Part shown: one piece after another, positions 20,954-29,262 of the stretch
Layout: every line of letters begins with the position of its first letter
Numbering within the stretch: the first letter of the stretch is position 1
Translations under genes and position numbers: made by a program
From: Promethearchaeota archaeon
GTDB lineage: Archaea > Asgardarchaeota > Lokiarchaeia > Sigyniarchaeales > SOKP01
Direction of reading: 5' to 3'
Length of the DNA: 38,866 nucleotides
Assembly (NCBI GenBank): GCA_048941265.1
Contig: JBHLNT010000023.1
Coordinates: 1 to 38,866 of the forward strand
Notes under the pieces: generated by a model
What the model saw: the letters and a program-made list of their open reading frames with translations, nothing else
Database searches by the model: none
What the model was told of the DNA's origin: nothing

Positions 20954-22811
20954 TTCAAATGCGATGATAAAAAAAAATAGTATGGAATCAAGAGAGCTTG
21001 AATTATCACAGCTTAAGTCTAAAATTATTAATGCTATAAGATTCTCTGAACGATATTGGATGATCTATAAAGAACAAACATTCGGAATAGCCACCATTAT
21101 TGATTTAACTTATAAAAAATCATACATAGAGGTTTTACTCTCCCCTAATATTGATGTGTTACAAAAAGGAATTCCGTTAGTTAAAGTATTTACACCTGGT
21201 AAGACTATATTTAACTTTAATGAGATTCTTATTGATCCAGATTTTGACGATGATGGCCTGGTAAGCCCTATAAAAATTATAGAAAGACTAAATAGATTGA
21301 TTAAAAAAGAGATCAATTACCATCTAACCATATTGAAATATGAAATAGAATTAATTAATGAACAATTTGAAAATTATCCAATAGAAAGTAACCCTTATTT
21401 TAGAAAAGTTATTAGTTATTTTCCGAATTATGTTGTCGAAGTAAGGATTAATTTAGAAAACTATCCCGAAGTACCTAGTTTATCTGAGAAAAATCAATTA
21501 ATCATTCGAAGATTTATGGAGCCAATAGGTGAAAAATTGAAGGGAAAATTAGCCGAACTATATGGAATATCCGCATTTGAAAGATATGGAGAGGAAATTA
21601 AAATTTATGATGACGAACTAGATGTGTTCATAGAAAAATCTAAGATTCCTTTTCTTATGAGATTCAAAAGAAGATTTTGGGAAAAGGTTAGAGAATTCTT
21701 TAGATTAAAGCCTAGAGATTACATTGAAGAATATAAAGACCTAGAGAGGATATTTCTCATAAAAGAAAAGGATTTCAGTAATATAGAAATCATCAAAAGT
21801 TGGTCTAGTGAGAATGCGCCTCATATAGTTGAAGTAATTGAATCAATATTAGAAATAAAGAAAGATTCTCAACATCTTGTCCTAAAAAACGTATTTTTAG
21901 AAGGTATAATTCATAATATCTCATTTAAAGTTCATAGAGGACAATCAATTGGGATTTATTACGAATTAGAGGGAAATAATGACTCATTTATTAAAAATCC
22001 AATAATTGATTTATATAATACGATTACAGGAATAAATCCAGATTATTCCGGAGAAATTTCTGTGTTTGGAACTAGAATAATTCCAAATTTAAAAAATAAA
22101 ATTGATGGTACTTACATCATAAATAGCAAAACCGATTCAAAAATAGTAAACATGAAAATCAAAAAAGCAATTCTTCATGATTTATATCTCATAGGAAAGA
22201 GAAAAAGTAAAAAATCCTTAGTTCATAGAGCATTAGAGATAACCGGATTATTACATAGAAAAAATGAAATTATCTCAAAATTAACTCTATTAGAACAAAT
22301 TTTATTCTCAATCTCCAGAGCACTTCTCAGAAGGCAGAGTATAATAATGGTTTCAATCCCTTTTCTTGAGATTGGATCATTAGAAAGCGAACAATTTAAT
22401 CGGTACATAGAAAATATTAAACAAGAATTTCATGTCATTTTGATAATCCATGGTCCAAAAAATATTATTTCAAATTGCGACAAGATTGTTACAATTAAAA
22501 ATAAGGAAGTTGAAATTGGAACAATAAAACATTTTATTTCAAAAATACCTCAAGCAGGAGAAATTATTACAATTGAACTAGATAAGCCTGATAAAATTGC
22601 GCTTGATAATATGCTTAAAATAGACACTGTTATCTTTATAGAGGAAAGAAAAAATGAAAGATATAAAATATACTGTATAGATGAGAATTCCAATAAAGTA
22701 CTTATTAAATTATTCGAATCAATTGGAGATTATATTTACAATTTTAAAATTCATAAAGCATCACTAGAAGAATATTTAGAATTTATGGAAATTAAAGAAA
22801 GAGTCAAATAA
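20946..22811 (+). CDS. UBC/RWD-like (UEV-type) N-terminal region fused to a degenerate ABC ATPase domain
   Basis: NLENYPEVP and WSSENAPHIVEVIESI resemble UBC/RWD elements; C-terminal half keeps ISFKVHRGQSIGI and CDKIV but lacks Walker A/B and has LTLLEQ in place of LSGGQ. Confidence 0.6.
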   Translation: MNSSNAMIKKNSMESRELELSQLKSKIINAIRFSERYWMIYKEQTFGIATIIDLTYKKSYIEVLLSPNIDVLQKGIPLVKVFTPGKTIFNFNEILIDPDFDDDGLVSPIKIIERLNRLIKKEINYHLTILKYEIELINEQFENYPIESNPYFRKVISYFPNYVVEVRINLENYPEVPSLSEKNQLIIRRFMEPIGEKLKGKLAELYGISAFERYGEEIKIYDDELDVFIEKSKIPFLMRFKRRFWEKVREFFRLKPRDYIEEYKDLERIFLIKEKDFSNIEIIKSWSSENAPHIVEVIESILEIKKDSQHLVLKNVFLEGIIHNISFKVHRGQSIGIYYELEGNNDSFIKNPIIDLYNTITGINPDYSGEISVFGTRIIPNLKNKIDGTYIINSKTDSKIVNMKIKKAILHDLYLIGKRKSKKSLVHRALEITGLLHRKNEIISKLTLLEQILFSISRALLRRQSIIMVSIPFLEIGSLESEQFNRYIENIKQEFHVILIIHGPKNIISNCDKIVTIKNKEVEIGTIKHFISKIPQAGEIITIELDKPDKIALDNMLKIDTVIFIEERKNERYKIYCIDENSNKVLIKLFESIGDYIYNFKIHKASLEEYLEFMEIKERVK

Positions 22812-22840
22812 ACAATATTTTAATTAGGTGTTGTAAAGGT

Positions 22841-23653
22841 ATGATAAAAAGACTGTATATTATGAGATTTAATGGAACTCTATTATATTCTAAACATCTA
22901 ACTAAGGGAGAAAAATTTGATGATAATGTTTTAATTGGATTTTTCGCCTCATTAGCTAATTTCAGCAGAGAGGCACTAGAAAGTGAAATAGAATATATAG
23001 ATCTTGGCCATGATAATAAATTAATATTATTTCCTTACTCCAGTGAAAAATTAATTACCACGGCAATTGTAAGTTCTATAGACGATAATGAACTTATCTT
23101 GAAAATATTGAAAAATATATTAGAAGATTTTATTGGCGCATTTGCACCTGACTATAAACCAGATAAAATTAGAGAAGAAGAAATGGAATTTATCATAGAA
23201 GAAAATGTAACTGGAAAGACTAGCTATCCATTAATCAAACGTCTTATTTTTTCATGGCTCTTGTTAATTCCACTATGTATTTTTTTAAATTTTGTAAATA
23301 TCACTTCAAGACAAAATATCTTTCAGAATTTGTACCTCGATAAAGATGTTTATACCCAAGAAGAGATATACACAGAGGTTATGCCATTAATGGTTTGGAC
23401 ATCTCTATTTATTCTGCTTATTGTGTTTATATTGCCAAATTTAATCTCTGGATATCTAGTATTGAATGAAAAATTTGCGTACTTAAATTCAGTAATATAT
23501 CTTGTCCTAATCGTATCTATTTACTTTTTTACTATAGAATCCGTGTTTGCCTATGTGATCATCGCATATATGCCGTTGGTTTTCTTAATCTCAATTGGTT
23601 TTTCCTATATCGGCTATAGATTAGCAAAAAAACGAAAAATTATAAGAAATTAA
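22841..23653 (+). CDS. Longin-like domain fused to ~4 TM helices
   Basis: MIKRLYIMRFNGTLLYS...LIGFFASLANFSREAL..EIEYIDLG longin pattern; hydrophobic C-terminal half. Confidence 0.7.
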   Translation: MIKRLYIMRFNGTLLYSKHLTKGEKFDDNVLIGFFASLANFSREALESEIEYIDLGHDNKLILFPYSSEKLITTAIVSSIDDNELILKILKNILEDFIGAFAPDYKPDKIREEEMEFIIEENVTGKTSYPLIKRLIFSWLLLIPLCIFLNFVNITSRQNIFQNLYLDKDVYTQEEIYTEVMPLMVWTSLFILLIVFILPNLISGYLVLNEKFAYLNSVIYLVLIVSIYFFTIESVFAYVIIAYMPLVFLISIGFSYIGYRLAKKRKIIRN

Positions 23654-23729
23654 ATAATAATTTTTAAATCTGTTTAATTTGTAAAAATGAATATTATTAT
23701 AACCCCTTATTATTAGAAGTGTATAAAGA

Positions 23730-23864
23730 ATGGTTTTGCTAAAACCACCTATCATTGATGGTCATATTGATACGGCACTTGAAATTTTAAGACAACCTTT
23801 AAAATTTTCAGAGTGCTCTACAATTAGTCATCGTGATTTTCTTTTTATATTTACAATTCTGTAA
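23730..23864 (+). pseudogene. Membrane dipeptidase (peptidase M19) N-terminal remnant
   Basis: Hand translation MVLLKPPIIDGHIDTALEILRQPLKFSECSTISHRDF..., carrying the DGHxD metal motif; ends after 44 codons. Confidence 0.75.
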
Positions 23865-23926
23865 AAAGTTTTATAAATTCAGTCTTCTTAATAATTAATT
23901 AATTTGAAATCTATGGTAGAAATGTT

Positions 23927-25432
23927 ATGAAAAAATCGAAATTAAATTTAGTCATCTCTATTTTAGTTTTAGCAATAATCCTAATTTCTCCTTACTCAAG
24001 GAATCCGATTAAACTTTCGAAAGAATCTAGTTCAAATAATCTTACAGAATCTCTAAAATCAGCAGATAAGAGCGGAGGAGGATATATTATGGATACGGAT
24101 GCGGATTTTTCATGGATAGAGATAAATATAACTGGAACGAATATGACTGCTATTTCTGATGAAGATGATGCACATGACAGTATATCATTTACAGTTTGGG
24201 ATTTTGAGTATTACGGAATTACATATAACGAGATATTTGTCAGCACAAATGGATGGATGAGTTTTACTGATGAAGGAAGTACTAGTTTTTGGCTTTCAGA
24301 AATACCAAGCCGAGATATAGAGAATAAAGATTGTGTAGCTTTGTTGTCAGAAGATTTAAATTTAGATAATTCTGATTTTGGAAATGGGGATGTGTTTTAT
24401 CAATTTCTTGGAAGTTCTCCTAATAGATACTTAGTGATTGAATATTACCAGGCTTATGATTTTCATAACGAAGAACTTGTAGGAGATTTCGAAGTAATTT
24501 TCTATGAAAACGGAACTATTAAATTTCAATATAAACTGGTAAATAATTTGGGCGGATTTGAACCGATCATTGGTCTTGACCACGGAGATTTGACAAATTA
24601 TAATTCATACGATGCAATTTTACCACTTTATGAAAAAGCAATTTCATTCGAATTCAATCAAATGATAAATGCATATACCCCTACATTTAATGAAAACGAC
24701 CAATTTTGCTGGAAAGTCAATAAAGTTAATCATACAGCGATGGAAACGGATTTTGGCCCCGACTGGGAACAACAATTTGGATTGATACCAGATATGGAGA
24801 TCAGCGAGAAAACAAAGATAAATGTAACTGTAATTACTGAAAATGCTACTCATTGGGAAATAAAATATGATATGTGGAACTGGACTAGTACCAGTAAGAA
24901 TTTCGGAGCATTACCCGAGGTTGATTCCATCTTAACTTTCCGAAAAGAGCCCCTAACCTATACCCAGAAGCATAATTTAACCAATTTCTTTCCACTACTT
25001 CTACCAAAATATCCTGATTTATACTTAGAGAAAGTAAACCTATCAGATTCATATTTAGATCCCGTATATTTGTCAAGTACCAAAGAAACACTATTAATTG
25101 CTACATTTCTTGGTTCATTATTAATTAGTTGCGCCGGAACATATAATGAAAATGGATTACTAATTAAACTCGTTATCACTGCTTATGATGGTTCTAACTT
25201 TTATGATGCTCTTGAAATGAATTTGTGTAGCTGTGTAGTGAGTGCGCCAGTCGGTGGCGATGGCGGTGGTGGCGGTGGCGGCGGTGGCGGTGGTGTAAAA
25301 GAGGAAGCATTGCCTCTGGCCTTGATTATTGTTGTTTCCAGCATTGGAGTAGCAGCAGTTATCATCTTCGTGTTAATTAAAAAAGGAATAATCAATACTT
25401 CCAAGCTTCGAGTAAGAAGAACAACCGAATAA
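23927..25432 (+). CDS. Membrane-anchored surface protein with NIDO-like domain and poly-Gly linker
   Basis: Signal peptide; FEYYGITYNEIFVSTNGWMSF...FEVIFYENGTIKFQY; G11 linker followed by TM and basic tail. Confidence 0.7.
   Translation: MKKSKLNLVISILVLAIILISPYSRNPIKLSKESSSNNLTESLKSADKSGGGYIMDTDADFSWIEINITGTNMTAISDEDDAHDSISFTVWDFEYYGITYNEIFVSTNGWMSFTDEGSTSFWLSEIPSRDIENKDCVALLSEDLNLDNSDFGNGDVFYQFLGSSPNRYLVIEYYQAYDFHNEELVGDFEVIFYENGTIKFQYKLVNNLGGFEPIIGLDHGDLTNYNSYDAILPLYEKAISFEFNQMINAYTPTFNENDQFCWKVNKVNHTAMETDFGPDWEQQFGLIPDMEISEKTKINVTVITENATHWEIKYDMWNWTSTSKNFGALPEVDSILTFRKEPLTYTQKHNLTNFFPLLLPKYPDLYLEKVNLSDSYLDPVYLSSTKETLLIATFLGSLLISCAGTYNENGLLIKLVITAYDGSNFYDALEMNLCSCVVSAPVGGDGGGGGGGGGGGVKEEALPLALIIVVSSIGVAAVIIFVLIKKGIINTSKLRVRRTTE
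25253..25294 (+). repeat. GGY trinucleotide repeat encoding GGD+G11
   Basis: ggt ggc gat followed by 11 ggc/ggt codons. Confidence 0.9.
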
Positions 25433-25547
25433 AAATTTTTTTTTTTTAAGATTATTGTAAAGGTTAAGCATTTTTTTTAGATTTATGTAATAATCTTGGT
25501 TTTTTTATTACTTCTACAAGTTTAAAAGTGTAAAAATTCGAAATTTA

Positions 25548-25874
25548 GAAATATAAGCCATCCATGATACACATGGAACTATAGGAATCAATTTTGGCAT
25601 GAAATTTTTAGATCTTGAACATCCAGGTGAAGAATATACTAATTTAGGGGTCGATATTGTTAAAAAACATATGGATCATATTGTCAAATTGGCAGATATT
25701 AATACTCTCGCTATAGACTCTGATTATGATGGAACATCCATCCCAAATTGTTTAAGAGCTTGTGCTAAGTTACCTTTCTTTTGGGAATATCTTCTCGAAA
25801 ACGATTATAGTGAACAAGATATTAATAAAATCTCGCATAAGAATTTAATAAGAGTTTTTAAGACCACGTGGTAA
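25548..25874 (+). pseudogene. Membrane dipeptidase (peptidase M19) C-terminal remnant
   Basis: EI*AIHDTHGTIGINFGMKFL...HMDHIV...AIDSDYDG...YSEQDINKISHKNLIRVF; in-frame TAA at 25554; GSDYDG motif decayed to DSDYDG. Confidence 0.8.
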
Positions 25875-26066
25875 AAATCTGACCTGCCTATCTTGACTTT
25901 TAAAATATGATCAAATCCATTATAAGAAAAAACAAACTTGTTATGAAATTTCTTTAAAGAAAATTTAAAATTCAGTACTTAATTTTCAAAATTATAAAAA
26001 TCTAAATTTAATAATTTTATAACAAAAAGTAAAAAAATAAAAAACTTACATTGGAGAATGAAATAA

Positions 26067-27582
26067 ATGAGTTATAAATTACCAGATGAAAAAGATTTAG
26101 AAGCGATGATTGGTATAGTTGGTAAAAACTATGCCACTAATAATAAAGCGATTACTGCATCATATCTGGCCAAATCAGTGATGGGTTTGGAAATCAACAA
26201 TCCATTTCGGAAGTTGACTAATTAGCCAAATCCCTGATATTGTAGTACGGCCAAAATTCGTTGAAGAAATAAGGAAAATTTTAATTTATTGCACTGCTGA
26301 AAAAATTGCGGTAAGTCCAGTTTCTGCGGGATTATCTGGTGGATTTGCTTGTCCAACTATCAAACCTGGTGGTGTTTTACTCGATTTAAGCAGAATGGAT
26401 AGAATCATTGAAGTTGACGAAGAGAATCGTTTTTGCATCATAGAGCCAGGAGTTACAAATGGTAGATTATGGGCGTATATGCACAAAAATCACCCTGATT
26501 GGGCTCCTCCTATTGCTGACGGTGCACCTCCAGCAGCTACAGTTATGGGAGACGCGATTGACAGAGGCTTTGCACTTTACACTTCAAGTGTAGGACCTCA
26601 AGGAGATAATTTTATGTGTGGAGAGATTGTTTTTCCAAACGGCGATGTAGTACGAACAGGTTCGTGGGCTCTTCCCTTTGCTAAGCCATTCTATAAGTAT
26701 GGGATTGGTCCAGATATGTGGTCATTTTTGATGGGCTCACAAGGAACTATGGGTGTTATTACAAAAGCAGCAGTTAAGATTTATCCTCATCCAAAACATA
26801 AGACCGTTGTAGCTTGGGGTATGTCTAATCCTCAGGATATGCAAGATTTAACCCTTGAAGTTGCCAAGCAAGAATTTGGAATCAGTCATAACACTGTTAT
26901 GGTCCAAGGTGGTAATTATCCACTTGTAATGACACGTTGGCCTAAAGATAAAGTACCTCATGATTATGAATTCTATAAAGAAATCGGTGTTTCACAATGG
27001 TGGATGAATTGGGAATGCTGGGCACAAACTCAGGAAGAATTGGATTATGTTGTTAAAAGAATTAATTCAATGGCAGAGGATTACAAAAAGAATAGAGCTA
27101 AAGATCCAGAAGAAATGAAACCATGGGAATTGCATCCAAAACAAATCGCAAGCAGAATGAAAAAACCAAATAAAATCGCTATTCCTTACTCTTTCTGGGA
27201 AGCAGGCTTTTTGTTCATAACTTGGTATACTCCCTGGAATGAATGTGCGGAATTCGCAGATGTGTTTGTTAAAGCATCCGAAAAATGGGGATTTCCACCA
27301 ACATTATGGATTGCCAGTATAGAACGTTGCAGACAAGCGATCTGTATGCCAATTGTGTGTTTTGACAGTACAAAACAAGAAGATTTCGAGAGGGTTCAAG
27401 ATCTTAATCGAGAGATTACGGAATATGGTTTACCAAGAGGTTGGCTTAATTATAGACCAGACCCTTATGTCCATATCGAAGCTTATTATCAAGCAGGGAT
27501 GTACTGGAAGTACCTTAGGGCCTTTAAAAAGCTGGTAGATCCTAATATGATAATGCATCCTGGAAGACTTGCTCTTCCATAA
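26067..27582 (+). CDS. FAD-binding oxidoreductase (VAO/PCMH/GlcD superfamily); exon 1 26067-26192 and exon 2 26224-27582, predicted 494 aa
   Basis: Exon 1 is 42 codons (MSYKLPDEKDLEAMIGIVGKNY...VMGLE); exon 2 starts SQIPDIVVRPKFVEEIRKIL...GGVLLDLSRMDRI, in frame with ORF 26395..27582; GSQGTMGVIT and DPNMIMHPG. Confidence 0.85.
26193..26223 (+). other. Putative 31-nt bulge-helix-bulge (tRNA-endonuclease-type) intron in a protein-coding gene
   Basis: GGT-[TTGG]-AAA-TCAAC...GTTGA-[CTAA]-TTA-GCC; cleavage after the second nt of each bulge restores the frame exactly. Confidence 0.85.
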
Positions 27583-27603
27583 ATCAAGGAGGTGTAAAAA
27601 AAA

Positions 27604-28986
27604 ATGGCTAAAACTGGAATGGATAGATTAAAAGAATTAGAAAAAGATATATTTAAATGTATTCACTGTAAAGCTTGTAGATTTGCGTATTCTGGTGAAC
27701 CTGATAAAGAAGGAATTGGTGAATTCACAGGAAAACAAGGAACTGTACTTTATGAAGGGATGGTTGACGCGTGTCCTGCCGGAATAGAGTATGGTTGGGA
27801 AGCTTTTTGGAATGCGGGAAAAATTTGGATCGCACGATCCATCTTAAATGGCGACTTAGAATTTACCGAAGAAGTCAGAGATGTATTGATGCCCTGCATT
27901 ACTTGCGGACAATGTTCTGCCCAGTGCGAGAATAAAGTACCCACTGTTGATGTTATTGAATCATTGCGCGCTGCCTGTCAAGAAGCGGGAATTCCTATGA
28001 TCGATAAACATCAATTAGTAGATCGATTGGTAAAGGAATTAAACAATCCTTATGGTGGGAAGAAAGACGAACGATTTAAATGGGCTAAAGATGCAGGTTT
28101 AGGAAAATACATTGACAATAAAGATGCTAAAATTGCCTATTATGTCGGATGTACTGCGAGTTATCGTCAAGTTGAAGTTGCTATCGCAACAGCAAAAGTT
28201 TTTGAGGCATTAGGAATGAATTTTAGCTTAGTAGGAGATGAGGTATGTTGCGGCAGCCCCTTCTTCAGAATAGGAGCCGTAGATACTGCACAAGAATTAA
28301 TGAATAAGAATCTAGAATCGTTTAAAAGATTCAAAAAAGTGTATTTTTCTTGTGCTGGTTGCTATCGTACCATCACAATTGATTACCCAAAATGGATGGC
28401 TGAAGGCCAGAAATTAGGTTTTAAGACCCAACATGCTTTTGAATTAATTTCTAAACTGATTACAGAGGGAAAAATAAGTTTCAAACCAAACAAAGAACTA
28501 AAAGGCAAAGTTGTCACCTATCATGATCCTTGTCATACTGGGAGACACTTTGCTATTGATATGGAACAGGAAATGATTAAGGAATCGAAAAATCTTATGT
28601 TCGATATGAGGAAAATCAATCAAAGAATCGAAGAATGGTTTGAAATTCCAAGAGTGATCTTAAGGAAATTAGAGGAAGATGTCGGAATAAAGTTTATAGA
28701 AATGTACCGTATTAAGCTCAATAGCATGTGCTGTGGAGCAGGTGGTGGTGTTAGGGCTGGTTATCCTGACTTTAGTTTGAGAACCGCAAGTTTACGATGT
28801 GATGAGGCGAATGCCGTAGGAGCAGATATTTTGACCACAGAATGCCCATTCTGCTGGAGAAATCTAACAGATGCTAATGAACTTTATAATCACGGCTTAC
28901 AAGTAATGGGTGTTCTTGAAATGATAAGTAAGTACAATCTCTTAGACCTAAAGGAAAAACCAACTGAAAAAGAACTTTTAGAATAA
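27604..28986 (+). CDS. (Fe-S)-binding oxidoreductase subunit with CCG domains (GlcF/HdrD-like)
   Basis: CIHCKAC...CP, CITCGQCSAQC, YYVGC, EVCCG, YHDPCH, MCCGAGGG, ECPFC; GGAGGTG RBS. Confidence 0.9.
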   Translation: MAKTGMDRLKELEKDIFKCIHCKACRFAYSGEPDKEGIGEFTGKQGTVLYEGMVDACPAGIEYGWEAFWNAGKIWIARSILNGDLEFTEEVRDVLMPCITCGQCSAQCENKVPTVDVIESLRAACQEAGIPMIDKHQLVDRLVKELNNPYGGKKDERFKWAKDAGLGKYIDNKDAKIAYYVGCTASYRQVEVAIATAKVFEALGMNFSLVGDEVCCGSPFFRIGAVDTAQELMNKNLESFKRFKKVYFSCAGCYRTITIDYPKWMAEGQKLGFKTQHAFELISKLITEGKISFKPNKELKGKVVTYHDPCHTGRHFAIDMEQEMIKESKNLMFDMRKINQRIEEWFEIPRVILRKLEEDVGIKFIEMYRIKLNSMCCGAGGGVRAGYPDFSLRTASLRCDEANAVGADILTTECPFCWRNLTDANELYNHGLQVMGVLEMISKYNLLDLKEKPTEKELLE

Positions 28987-28992
28987 AGTAAA

Positions 28993-29030
28993 GAGCATTA
29001 AATTGCTCAATTATTTTTTTAACTTTTTTT
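28993..29030 (+). terminator. Short hairpin plus T tracts after the oxidoreductase operon
   Basis: GAGCA-ttaaat-TGCTC followed by two T7 runs. Confidence 0.5.
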
Positions 29031-29262
29031 ATTTAAAGTTTTTTAAATTTTGAGAGCTACTAATTTTTAACATTATCTATCTAATTAATGAAATCTTAAA
29101 ACTTTCCTTTATATAGCTTAGTGTATTGAATATAAGAGGTTATAAACTCCTTACAATAATGTCATATTTACAAAAAAGTTAAATATGAATTTTTAATCAT
29201 ATATCATAATCCAAACTAATTTTGGATAAATCCATAAAATATTAATTTTTGGTGAAATTTAA

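Noticed and set aside
26193-26223. Simple sequencing or programmed frameshift as the explanation for the oxidoreductase break
   Set aside because: No long homopolymer or slippery heptamer at the site, and it would not explain a BHB whose cut sites restore the frame; raw reads are still needed to exclude it fully
28548-28632. Possible second BHB intron in the Fe-S gene insert (CTTT/AAAG, ATTGAT/ATCAAT)
   Set aside because: An extra C breaks the geometry, there is no outer helix, and excising 74 nt would disrupt an already open frame
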